Source of the DNA: Waddliaceae bacterium
GTDB taxonomy: Bacteria; Chlamydiota; Chlamydiia; Chlamydiales; SLFE01
DNA: 48,539 bases
Reading direction: 5' to 3'
NCBI GenBank assembly: GCA_963783885.1
Contig: CAWAPJ010000031.1
Span: forward strand, 1 to 48,539
Positions 39,627-48,345 of the stretch are shown here, piece after piece. Within the stretch, counting starts at the first letter, position 1; every line of letters begins with the position of its first letter. Made by a program: the position numbers and the translations under genes. Under the pieces are notes generated by a model that worked only from the letters and a program-made list of their open reading frames with translations, was not told where the DNA came from and did no database searches.

Positions 39627-39787
39627 ACTGAGATATTCGGTGTTTTGGGCAAACCTTTAACGCTATTGTTCTCATCTTTTTTCCAACGGCCGAGCTTTTT
39701 CAATACTTCGATTCTCTCGTAGCGTTTCAGAACATTTCGCTTGACGGCGCCTTTATTAGACTTTCCAAAACTTTTATGTCTAGACAT
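39623..39787 (-). CDS. PVC small basic (signature) protein, 54 aa, absent from the ORF track
   Basis: Hand-translated MSRHKSFGKSNKGAVKRNVLKRYERIEVLKKLGRWKKDENNSVKGLPKTPNISV; the RNVLKRxER...GLPK signature is present; TGA overlaps the ybeY TTG. Confidence 0.92.
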   Translation of the reverse strand: MSRHKSFGKSNKGAVKRNVLKRYERIEVLKKLGRWKKDENNSVKGLPKTPNISV

Positions 39788-39799
39788 TGTTGATTACCC

Positions 39800-39973
39800 T
39801 TATTTAATCTTAGGAATAAATACGTTATTTGCCAAATCTCCCTCGACAGCGTTGCCGTGTTCTTTAAATCCTTTGGGAAGATTGTCTTTTTTTTGTCCGG
39901 TTTTTTCGGAAGGGGGCAGCGGCCTTCTGGGGGAGACTGCTCTTCGTTTTGATTGCTTGCTCATTCGTGTCAT
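39800..39973 (-). CDS. Small basic chlamydial protein, 57 aa, absent from the ORF track
   Basis: Hand-translated MTRMSKQSKRRAVSPRR...NNVFIPKIK; AGGAGA RBS; resembles the recalled Chlamydia MTRMSKQARRR...FIPKI protein next to the signature protein. Confidence 0.85.
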   Translation of the reverse strand: MTRMSKQSKRRAVSPRRPLPPSEKTGQKKDNLPKGFKEHGNAVEGDLANNVFIPKIK

Positions 39974-40073
39974 GGATTTTCTCCTGATTTATACCACAAA
40001 TTATAAAGATACGGGAGGTTTAGAGCAATGGAAATTTTGAGGGGCCTCAGACGATGAGTTTTTAAAGAAATTA

Positions 40074-40103
40074 TTGACAAATATAGAGAAAATTTATTAA
40101 AAT
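40074..40103 (+). promoter_or_regulatory. Putative sigma66/sigma70 promoter
   Basis: TTGACA-N18-TAAAAT, 27 nt upstream of the ATG at 40131. Confidence 0.5.
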
Positions 40104-40130
40104 TTAACAAACTTTTATTAAAATATAATT

Positions 40131-41234
40131 ATGAATCCTACAGATAGCATTAATTCATATCCCGGCGTGCATCAAATTCATGACACAAATCAGGGCAGCC
40201 CTGGGGTCCAGAGGCAGGAAAGGCTGCCGAAAGACGTCTTGGAGGCCTTAGAGGATGATGATCTCGAACGGGCAATGGCCTTGCTTAGGCAGTATGAGAA
40301 TGAAGGCCTCGAAGGTGAGAATGAATTTTTGGACAAATTGATGAATATGCTCATGAGTGCGATAACATTTAAATTTATCGTCGCTAAGCCTGCCAAGGAA
40401 AGGGCAAAACAAGTCAAAAAACCTCAAAATCAGCGTACCAGCGTTAAAATGAGATCTTTGGCCAAAGGGTTCATCCGTATGCTTGCATCTCCGATGAGAG
40501 TTTTGGGAAAAGCCTTGTTTAAAGGGTGGAAAGCACTTTCCGGGATGAGCCGCGCCGCAAACCGTTATTTGATTATGCCTGCCGTTCGATTTGCAGCCGC
40601 TCCCTTTATCCAATCATACAAGGCGCTTAGCGAGCGTTTCGGCAACGCCCTCCGATTCGCAAAGGAAATTTCGGATCGAGTGAAAACGCGTTTCGAAGAA
40701 ATTCGAGAAAAAGCGTCGGAAAAGATCGAAAAAGCAGCCCATGAAATACGCGAACTAGCAAAGCCTATAAAAATGTGGCTGACCCATAAATTCAATGAAT
40801 TTGTCGAGAAGCAGCAATGGATTAAAGAAACTCTGGGGCAGCAAATCCAGCCAATCGTTCATGCCGCCCATATGCTCATAAATCTTATGTCGGTTGCGCT
40901 TGTCCCCTTTGCCTTCGGAGCCGGGCAAATGAGGAGAGGGGGCAAATTGATTAAAAAGGGGATGGATAAAGTTAAAGGGGCTTTTAACCGAGCGAAAAAT
41001 TGGATCAAAGGCAAATTCAAAAAAGGATATGGTTATATTCAAGCGGTTGTTCAAGCATGCGTTTTAGCGATCGAGCGCGTTTGGCTTTTGATTTTGGAAA
41101 AAGTGCTGCTATTTTTGAAAAAACTATGGTTATGGCTCTTAGCACCTTTTAAGCTTCTTGCACGGATTCTCATGGCGATTGCAAATCGTCTCAACAATTA
41201 TTTACAAAAATCCATACGTCGTCTATATAATTAA
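40131..41234 (+). CDS. Hypothetical protein with long basic amphipathic helices
   Basis: 367-aa ORF with its own promoter-like sequence; polar N-terminus followed by K/R-rich amphipathic helices. Confidence 0.7.
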   Translation: MNPTDSINSYPGVHQIHDTNQGSPGVQRQERLPKDVLEALEDDDLERAMALLRQYENEGLEGENEFLDKLMNMLMSAITFKFIVAKPAKERAKQVKKPQNQRTSVKMRSLAKGFIRMLASPMRVLGKALFKGWKALSGMSRAANRYLIMPAVRFAAAPFIQSYKALSERFGNALRFAKEISDRVKTRFEEIREKASEKIEKAAHEIRELAKPIKMWLTHKFNEFVEKQQWIKETLGQQIQPIVHAAHMLINLMSVALVPFAFGAGQMRRGGKLIKKGMDKVKGAFNRAKNWIKGKFKKGYGYIQAVVQACVLAIERVWLLILEKVLLFLKKLWLWLLAPFKLLARILMAIANRLNNYLQKSIRRLYN

Positions 41235-41307
41235 TTCAAACTTGAGTAAACTTTTTATGTTTACAATTATTAACAACGGAGGGATTTAAACCCCCCCCCA
41301 CTTTACT

Positions 41308-41456
41308 GGTAAGCATTCGGCGATATACGTTCCCGGATAACTTGCGAGGGCTTTGGTCTGCTTTGGCAACCCCTAAAGGGGTTGCCTGTATCAGGCGCCT
41401 TGCAGCTCTTCGCCCGCGCTGCGTTCTCCAGGAACGTATATCGCCGAACCCTTACC
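41308..41456. mobile_element. Palindromic MITE-like element 3 (149 bp) with 6-bp target-site duplication
   Basis: 30/34 terminal inverted repeat GGTAAG...CTTACC; TTTACT repeated at 41302-41307 and 41457-41462; apical hairpin GGCAACCCCT-AA-AGGGGTTGCC. Confidence 0.8.
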
Positions 41457-41508
41457 TTTACTGGTGGTTTAAATTATCAGTGTAATAGCTTGAAGCGGAG
41501 AATGAATA

Positions 41509-41811
41509 GTGGATATAAGGACTCATTTTATTGAATTGTTTAAAATGGAAGTCGTCATTATCGGCGGCTGCCTATGTCTTGCTACGGCGGCAAGGAACTT
41601 AGGGAAAAGCAAAATTAACTTTAGTGATGAAATGATCAGCAGATTGGGAAGGGCTATTCTTGGAAATTTAGGGGGCATTTTGCTCTTTAATGCATTTAAT
41701 TTCACTTTTCCTGTGCACACGTCTAAACTCAGGGTTTTCAAAGCGAAATATGGAACTTTATTCGTTTTCTCAATACCGGTTCTGACATTTACAGGGGCCA
41801 TGATCAAATAG
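41509..41811 (+). CDS. Hypothetical small membrane protein
   Basis: 100-aa ORF with three hydrophobic segments; GGAG upstream; converges on rsmE. Confidence 0.45.
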   Translation: MDIRTHFIELFKMEVVIIGGCLCLATAARNLGKSKINFSDEMISRLGRAILGNLGGILLFNAFNFTFPVHTSKLRVFKAKYGTLFVFSIPVLTFTGAMIK

Positions 41812-41812
41812 A

Positions 41813-42520
41813 CTACTTGTTCATCAAATGGACAATAAGCCCTGCAGCGGTCATTGCGGCGGTTTCAGTTCTTAATATGTTAGGGTTCAGCTTGACTCCT
41901 ACCGCTCCCAAAATTTCAAACTTTTCGATTTCCGATTTTTCAAATCCGCTCTCCGGTCCAACAAAAAAACCGGTTTTGGCATCCGGTTTGAAGACTGCTT
42001 GAAGAAATGGGGCCGACTTGCGAATGTCGCCGAAATAGAATGGCGCTTCAAGCCTCGTCCATTTTTCTAATTCAGGTTTTATTATGAGGCTTGGAAGCCA
42101 TAGCCTCCCGCATTGTTTCAAGGCTGATATGCAAAGGATTTTTAACCGCTCCAGCTGAGCGGGCTTGATTTCTTTCTTGCCGCTTTTTTTTCCGGGGAAA
42201 AGCCAAAACTGCGTGACTCCGAGTTCTGTTCCTTTTTCGATAATAAAATCCAATTTTTGCGGACGTGTAAAGGCCTGGGCCAGGATAATCTCTTGAGAAT
42301 GTTTTTTATATTGTCGTGTTGAGGCTACGCTCAGTATAGCCTGTTTTTTTTGAATCTCTTTAACGACGGCTTTAGCCAGTACTCCTTGACCGTTGATAAG
42401 CTCGACGGCATCTCCCTGCTTGACTCTCATAACGTTAGCAAGGTGATGAAATTCTTTATCCCTTATTTCAAGCGATGCACCTTCTGATATCGGGCTGTCT
42501 ATAAAGAACCGGTCAATCAT
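41813..42520 (-). CDS. rsmE: 16S rRNA m3U1498 methyltransferase
   Basis: HHLANVMR, EKGTELGV, KQCGR, VGPESGF and ILRTETA motifs. Confidence 0.95.
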   Translation of the reverse strand: MIDRFFIDSPISEGASLEIRDKEFHHLANVMRVKQGDAVELINGQGVLAKAVVKEIQKKQAILSVASTRQYKKHSQEIILAQAFTRPQKLDFIIEKGTELGVTQFWLFPGKKSGKKEIKPAQLERLKILCISALKQCGRLWLPSLIIKPELEKWTRLEAPFYFGDIRKSAPFLQAVFKPDAKTGFFVGPESGFEKSEIEKFEILGAVGVKLNPNILRTETAAMTAAGLIVHLMNK

Positions 42521-42596
42521 GGAGCCGCCTACAACATTCCGGCAAAACCGGATTTTTAGCTATTTTGCTGACCTTTGCCATTTGGCTCCATAAAAG

Positions 42597-43844
42597 TTAC
42601 TTTTCTTTGACGACTATATTGTGATTGTTAATGGAGATATCAAGCTCCAGGCGTTGGTGTCGACTTTTATAGAGTCTAAGTTTTTGCATGAAATTTCGAA
42701 AACGGTTGCGCCACTGCTCTTCATTGCTGGCATTGGGAAGACCTCCATGAGGAGAATTTTCACGGTATTGTTTGCTTAGAAAGGCGACATAACGATTTTC
42801 TAAAATTTGCGGTTGGATGAATTCGACGCTCCATTTGAGACTGGTTCCATTTTCCTGAGGAAGCGCTATAATGGATATCTCTATATAATCTTTGACGATT
42901 TGAATAAATAATTGGCTCACTTCATATGCGTATACATTCATATTTAGGAAAGGGATGCCGTCTTTTATATCAATGAGTTCATTTGTTTGGAGGGTGAATG
43001 TTTTCGGGTTGACTTGTCCCAGATGTTCGGTCGGATAATATACATGAATGGGGAGGGGAGTCTCAAGGGGGATGAATTTCTTGCGTAAAAATTCAATCCA
43101 CATTTGTTCTGCGTTGGGGTCGTTAATCGGCTGGAACGGAGGATTGAGAAAGGGAATATAGACTTTCTTCCAGCTTGTTGGAACTTTGAAGTAAATAACA
43201 TCATCGGAAAACGCCCCTGTTTCCGGCGGTTTTAGGCTGGCAAGGTCTTCTTTCGTGATGTTGTTGAGATTGAATATCAGCTCCAGCCCTTCAAGTTTGA
43301 CCTTTTCTACCTGTTCTTCGGGTCCGCTTAAGGTTTGCATGAGTTTTTCCGGCCAAATACCAAGAAACATGTAGGATCTGGGTATATTTCCCACGGGCTG
43401 TTCGACCTCGATGGGGACTTTTGTTGTGACAAATTTGCTTAATTTAATGATAAATTCCTGAGAAGAGGTGCTTTTAATACTTTTTGAAAGATCGATGTTG
43501 GGGTTTAAGCTGATGATGTTTTTTTTGCTGATTTGTACAAGCCATTCATTAGGGGCATTGTCCGCATCAAGAATAACTTCGATATCTCCAGGTTCTAAGC
43601 TTTCAATGACCTTTTTCGTTCCCGAAACTGTAATGGTTGCCCGTCTTTTAAGAATTCCGTTCGGAAGAAGTCCGTCAATGGTTTTATTGGGTTGAAGGTT
43701 AATGATGCGGATGGGAACGCCGACAAGGGTTTTTGTCTCGTTGATCGACTGATTGACAAACCACCAGGCGACTACGGCAATAACAATGGCGATAAGCTTT
43801 TGCTTCCAATGATTCGCTATTAATTGCGAGAAAGGTTTACTCAC
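42597..43844 (-). CDS. ybbR: YbbR/CdaR-like regulator of diadenylate cyclase
   Basis: HWKQKLIAIVIA TM helix and YbbR-like beta segments; GTG start overlaps the dacA stop. Confidence 0.8.
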   Translation of the reverse strand: MSKPFSQLIANHWKQKLIAIVIAVVAWWFVNQSINETKTLVGVPIRIINLQPNKTIDGLLPNGILKRRATITVSGTKKVIESLEPGDIEVILDADNAPNEWLVQISKKNIISLNPNIDLSKSIKSTSSQEFIIKLSKFVTTKVPIEVEQPVGNIPRSYMFLGIWPEKLMQTLSGPEEQVEKVKLEGLELIFNLNNITKEDLASLKPPETGAFSDDVIYFKVPTSWKKVYIPFLNPPFQPINDPNAEQMWIEFLRKKFIPLETPLPIHVYYPTEHLGQVNPKTFTLQTNELIDIKDGIPFLNMNVYAYEVSQLFIQIVKDYIEISIIALPQENGTSLKWSVEFIQPQILENRYVAFLSKQYRENSPHGGLPNASNEEQWRNRFRNFMQKLRLYKSRHQRLELDISINNHNIVVKEK

Positions 43845-44631
43845 TTCTATACCACCGTTTGAAACGTTCAATGAGGTTGAAAGATTTTTCAAATTTCATT
43901 TGAGGGGGATTAAAAATGCTGCCTAAAATTCCTTTGAACCTGTCCATTTTCACGCCTCGGGTCATGATGCCGTCTCTGGCGATTGCGACTCTTCCTGTCT
44001 CCTCGGAAACGACAATAACGAGAGCGTCGGATAGTTGGCTGATACCCAAAGCTGCCCGGTGGCGCGTCCCCATTGATTTGGAAAGCTGTGAAGTGTCGTC
44101 TGAAAGGGGAAGGATTGTGGAAGCAGAAATAATTTTGGTCCCGCTTATAATCACCGCTCCGTCATGCAGCGGTGTGCTTGTTGAAAAAATCGTCTCGAGA
44201 AGTTCGGGGGAAAAGGTGGCATTGACAATGACGGCTTTTTGGGCATACTCATCTAAGGAGTCCTGATTTTCCAGCAGGACGATAGCGCCGATTTTTTTTT
44301 CTGCCAGCCGATAGATGCTGTGGGTGATTCCGTTGAGGAATTTATCAAACTCTGTCAATTCCCGGTATTTTTTTCCTTTGACGCTCAATTTTGATAAGGC
44401 CAGCCTCAGCTCGGGCTGAAATATTATCAGCAGAGCGATTACGGCCACATTGACAAAATAATACATCAGTTTTTGAAGGACGGGAAGCTGGAGCCAATAG
44501 ACAATAGCGTACAGGGCCAGGAACGCAAGAATGCCGTAGAGGAGGTCCATTGCCCGGGTGTTCCAGAAAAAGGAAAGCAGGTAATAGATGATCAAAGCGA
44601 TGATGAAAATTTCTAAAAGCGATATAAACAT
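43837..44631 (-). CDS. dacA: Diadenylate cyclase CdaA/DacA
   Basis: Three TM helices, IFQPELR, TPLHDGA, GTRHRAALG and VSEETG motifs. Confidence 0.96.
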   Translation of the reverse strand: MFISLLEIFIIALIIYYLLSFFWNTRAMDLLYGILAFLALYAIVYWLQLPVLQKLMYYFVNVAVIALLIIFQPELRLALSKLSVKGKKYRELTEFDKFLNGITHSIYRLAEKKIGAIVLLENQDSLDEYAQKAVIVNATFSPELLETIFSTSTPLHDGAVIISGTKIISASTILPLSDDTSQLSKSMGTRHRAALGISQLSDALVIVVSEETGRVAIARDGIMTRGVKMDRFKGILGSIFNPPQMKFEKSFNLIERFKRWYRSE

Positions 44632-44698
44632 CTTCTCGTCCGCTAGTTAAGGGCTGCCTGGCAATCTGTTGGTTGAATTTGTAAGGAACCCCGGCTCA

Positions 44699-44853
44699 GC
44701 CCGCATACCACACAGCCTCTCGGCCAATTTGTTTGCCGATTTTACATAAAACTCTCACCGGTCTAGTTTTACAACTATGCCGTTCCTCGAGTTTTTGCAA
44801 ACTCGGACAAACATCTTGCCCAACTTGCTTCGAGATCCTGGAGAAATGCGGAC
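44699..44853. mobile_element. Degenerate palindromic MITE-like element 4 (~155 bp)
   Basis: Ends GCCCGCAT / ATGCGGAC flanked by TCA on both sides; inner arms TGTTTGCCGATTTTACATAAAACTC / GAGTTTTTGCAAACTCGGACAAACA; apical TAGTT-TTAC-AACTA. Confidence 0.55.
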
Positions 44854-44942
44854 TCAGCCCTATATTGGCCGATTACTAGATTATAATCAACGTTTTACTT
44901 GAGGCTTTCAAGGCCCTTGAGTTATGATAAAACGTTTAAGGT

Positions 44943-45950
44943 ATGAAATACGCAAATTTTAAATCTTTTGTCAAACATCTGGAATCGGCCGGCCCCGACC
45001 ATTTCGCGCCGGTTTATCTAATTTTGGCTAAAGATTCTTTTGAAATACAGTCGGCCGTGCTGCAGATACAAGAGAAGGCTCTGGTTCATGAACCTCTGAA
45101 AAGCTTTGATTCGACACACGCAGCCGAGGCTGTCGGCGCCGAGCTCAATTCATTTTCGATGTTCGGCGGGCGGAAGATCATCGCCCTTCATCGGGTGGAC
45201 AAGGCCTCGATGCCGCTAAAGAAATTGGTCGAGTCTTATCTTGAAAACCCTGCAAACGAAGTGATTTTGGTACTAACCGCAAGCTCTCTTGCGGCAAGCA
45301 CCAAATTTTACAAAGCTTTGGAAAAAAAAGGGGTAGTCCTCAATTTAACCGGGCCGGAAAAACCCTGGGAAAAAGAAAGCCGCATGGTTGACTGGGCTGC
45401 CTGGCAGGCGGCTCAGTCTGATAAGCAGCTGGATCGACAAGGGGCTCTGGCGCTGATCCGCCATGTGGGAACGGATGCGTCTTTGCTTCATAGCGAGCTT
45501 GAAAAGCTTATCTGCTATGTGGGCAGCCGCCGGCAGATAACCGAGAAAGACATTGATACCTTGTGCCCTGTTGTCAATCAAGAGACCGTCTGGCAGTTGG
45601 GGGAGGCCATTTTTCACTCGAACGCGTCAAAAGCTATACGGATAGGAAAAGATCTGTTGAATAATCAGGTTCCGCTGATTGTCCTGCTCAGGCAAATCCG
45701 CAAGCAGTTTCAAACCGGCTGTTTTGTTGGCTCTGTTTTAGCAAGCGGATCCGACCAGGCGGATATTACAAAAGAGTTTCCGTATATGAGGGGCCGCATC
45801 CTGCAGCAGCATGTTCAAACGGCTAAAACATACGGAATCGAACGCTTTGCAAAAGGGATTGCCGCTATTGACCGCACAGAGGTTGAAGCAAAAAACAGCT
45901 CTGCTGCCGACGAGGCGCTTTTTGAACTTTTAATCGCTAGGTTGACATGA
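44943..45950 (+). CDS. holA: DNA polymerase III delta subunit
   Basis: SMFGGRK, LHSELEKLICY and VWQLGEAI motifs; size and synteny fit. Confidence 0.88.
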   Translation: MKYANFKSFVKHLESAGPDHFAPVYLILAKDSFEIQSAVLQIQEKALVHEPLKSFDSTHAAEAVGAELNSFSMFGGRKIIALHRVDKASMPLKKLVESYLENPANEVILVLTASSLAASTKFYKALEKKGVVLNLTGPEKPWEKESRMVDWAAWQAAQSDKQLDRQGALALIRHVGTDASLLHSELEKLICYVGSRRQITEKDIDTLCPVVNQETVWQLGEAIFHSNASKAIRIGKDLLNNQVPLIVLLRQIRKQFQTGCFVGSVLASGSDQADITKEFPYMRGRILQQHVQTAKTYGIERFAKGIAAIDRTEVEAKNSSAADEALFELLIARLT

Positions 45951-46657
45951 CGAAAGGCAAACTTTTGCTACTTCCCAATGTTTTAGGCGATGTGCCGCAT
46001 CATGAAGCCTTTCTACCTCCAAGTGTAGACAAGGCGGTTTCGACACTGGACGGCCTCATCGCCGAAAGCGAAAAAGGGGGGAGGCGCTACCTTGGGCGTT
46101 TTCAGACGAAAAAAAAACCAAGGGAAATTCCCATTGCGCTGCTAAACAAACACACACAAGACTATGATTTTCTCCTGGAACCTGTGAAGAATGGAGAAAT
46201 CTGGGGAGTGGTGTCCGATGCTGGCCTCCCTTGTATTGCCGATCCGGGATCTCATCTTGTGAAAAGAGCAAAAAAAATGGGCCTTAAAGTGCAAGCCTTT
46301 GTCGGGCCCTCGTCTTTGATGCTTTCGCTGATGCAATCGGGACTGACGGGGCAGCAGTTTTACTTTCAGGGCTATCTGCCAAAAGATCAGAAAAAGCGAA
46401 AAGAGCGTATTGAGGTGCTGGAAAGGCGGTCGAAACAAGAAGGGTCTACCCAAATTTGCATTGAGGCTCCGCACCGAAATCGGCATACTCTAGAAACTCT
46501 TCTCGAGGTTCTTGATGAAAAAACCCTCCTTTCGGTTGCGTGGGAACTGACACTTCCAACCCAAGGGATACTCACCCAACAGGTGGCTATTTGGAAGAAG
46601 AGTCCGCTGCCTGCTATCGAAAAAAAGCCGGCAATTTTCCTCTTCAAATCAGATTAA
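45947..46657 (+). CDS. SAM-dependent tetrapyrrole-methylase / RsmI-like methyltransferase
   Basis: SDAGLPCIADPG, VGPSS, FYFQGYLP and IEAPHRN motifs. Confidence 0.9.
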   Translation: MTKGKLLLLPNVLGDVPHHEAFLPPSVDKAVSTLDGLIAESEKGGRRYLGRFQTKKKPREIPIALLNKHTQDYDFLLEPVKNGEIWGVVSDAGLPCIADPGSHLVKRAKKMGLKVQAFVGPSSLMLSLMQSGLTGQQFYFQGYLPKDQKKRKERIEVLERRSKQEGSTQICIEAPHRNRHTLETLLEVLDEKTLLSVAWELTLPTQGILTQQVAIWKKSPLPAIEKKPAIFLFKSD

Positions 46658-47740
46658 TTCAGAGGCGATAGTATCGTAGTGGAGTATGCCAAGAGGGGTC
46701 AGCTTGACTGTATTGTCATTGATGGCAAGCAGTCCATCTTCGACAAGGGCATCCAAGGCTTTTATATCCGGGCAGCTGTCGATATTGACGCCGCTTAAGA
46801 GCCGGAGGTTAATAACGAAACGTTCCCGAAGAGAGGCGGAAGGATCGAGCTTTTCTTCAAAGTCTGACGGCCGTTTATTTTCTTCAAGTAGCCGGCAGTA
46901 TTTATTTAAGTGGGCAATATTGCGAAAGCGGCAGCCGTTCCAGTAGCTGTATGCTGACGGACCAAGTCCTAAAAATGGCCGTGCTGTCCAATAACCGATG
47001 TTGTGTTGTGATTCGTATCCCGGTTTGCAGAAGGCAGAGATTTCATATTGGGAAAAACCGCAATCGTGAAGCGCTGTTTGGGCAGTTTCGTACATTTTCC
47101 GGCTTGAGCCTTCATCGGGGACTTGAGATTGAAGGATTTTTTTCTTTTTGTAAAAGACCGTATGGGGTTCAAAAGTCAGGTTATACAGGGAAATGTGGCT
47201 AATGGGAAGAGAACAGGCTTTTTTCAAGGTGTTATTCCATTGAAAGAGGGATTGACCTGGTATATCATACATCAGATCTATTGAAATGTTTGCAATGCCG
47301 GAGCTTGCAAGCGTCTCGACTGCCCATGCGGCTTTTTGGGAAGAGTGGGTTCTTGAAAGTGTTTGCAGAAGGGAGTCATCAAAAGATTGGACCCCCAGGG
47401 AGGCCCGATTGATTCCCTTACGGGCATATTCCAAAATGAGCTCTTTAGAGATGCCGTCAGGATTGACTTCGAGGGTGATTTCAATTTCCCCGGGATTGAT
47501 CCAGTTGAGAATTTCATCAATCCTCTCTGGGCCGAAAAGGGAAGGGGTGCCTCCGCCAAAGTAGATGGAAACGAGTTTATTTGTTTCTGAAATCCTACTA
47601 ATGCGCTGCCATTCTTTTCGCAATCCTTCAAGGAGCTGATCTTTATAAGATTCTTTGTCCGGAAGGACAAAAAAATGGCAGTAATCGCATTTCTTCTTAC
47701 AAAACGGAAGGTGAAAGTAAAGTGAAAAATCACCAATCAT
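46649..47740 (-). CDS. hemW: Radical SAM heme chaperone (HemW/HemN-like)
   Basis: YFHLPFCKKKCDYCHF, YFGGGTPS and QYEISAF...HNIGYW motifs; start moved to MIGDF. Confidence 0.92.
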   Translation of the reverse strand: MIGDFSLYFHLPFCKKKCDYCHFFVLPDKESYKDQLLEGLRKEWQRISRISETNKLVSIYFGGGTPSLFGPERIDEILNWINPGEIEITLEVNPDGISKELILEYARKGINRASLGVQSFDDSLLQTLSRTHSSQKAAWAVETLASSGIANISIDLMYDIPGQSLFQWNNTLKKACSLPISHISLYNLTFEPHTVFYKKKKILQSQVPDEGSSRKMYETAQTALHDCGFSQYEISAFCKPGYESQHNIGYWTARPFLGLGPSAYSYWNGCRFRNIAHLNKYCRLLEENKRPSDFEEKLDPSASLRERFVINLRLLSGVNIDSCPDIKALDALVEDGLLAINDNTVKLTPLGILHYDTIASELI

Positions 47741-48191
47741 CGGCGTCCGGGTCGATGATGCCGCCCCGCTTCCATCGATTCTTATCGCTGAAATAAGATT
47801 CTTCCTCGACAAAGCTTTCTTCCTTTTCGTTTTCCGAATCATCATCTTGCCCGCTGTCGGTTTTTTCAAATGCCGCTGATTGCGTATCTTCCGACTCGGA
47901 TTCAAAACCCGCTCCCGTTTCGGACATATCGATATCGGGAATGGTGGGCATTTCGGTAAAGCCCGCTCGAGTGGCGGTTCTTTTGGGGGCGATATATTCT
48001 TCGACTTCGCCGCTTTCTTTGAGAATTTGAAGCCTCTCTTTCTCTTCTTCGATTTTCTCTTTGACACTAAGAATTTCTTCTTTATGTTTTTCAATGTCTT
48101 TTTTAGGCACCAGACCGAGCTTTAGCCACTGCTCCAAGTCATGAAGTTCCGCCTCTAACTTTTTTAAACGCTCACTTTTTATTGTTCTCAT
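47730..48191 (-). CDS. Conserved chlamydial acidic protein (CT053-like)
   Basis: KSERLKKLEAELHDLEQW...FSDKNRWKRGGIIDPDADDW matches the recalled Chlamydia protein next to hemN. Confidence 0.8.
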   Translation of the reverse strand: MRTIKSERLKKLEAELHDLEQWLKLGLVPKKDIEKHKEEILSVKEKIEEEKERLQILKESGEVEEYIAPKRTATRAGFTEMPTIPDIDMSETGAGFESESEDTQSAAFEKTDSGQDDDSENEKEESFVEEESYFSDKNRWKRGGIIDPDADDW

Positions 48192-48345
48192 TGATCCCTT
48201 AAATTTGTTTGTGCTAATAGTTTTGGGAACTTCTGATTAGTAGAAGTTATTCCTCCAATTTGATTTTAACTATAATTAATAGCTAAAATCAAGTAAATAC
48301 ATCAACTATTTCAGAAGGATTACGTATCATATATAAAATGCGTTT

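Noticed and set aside
39741-40040. 99-aa plus-strand ORF
   Set aside because: Antisense to two recognisable small basic protein genes
41291-41299. C9 homopolymer as a phase-variation tract
   Set aside because: Intergenic, downstream of a stop codon and within a hairpin; no promoter or ORF clearly depends on it
42521-42590. tRNA-like appearance (GGAGCC...GGCTCCA, ~70 nt)
   Set aside because: No TTC-containing T-loop, D-loop or 7-nt anticodon loop; kept only as a possible leader structure
47741-48094. Lys-rich N-terminal extension of HemW
   Set aside because: Off-frame reading of the upstream CT053-like gene
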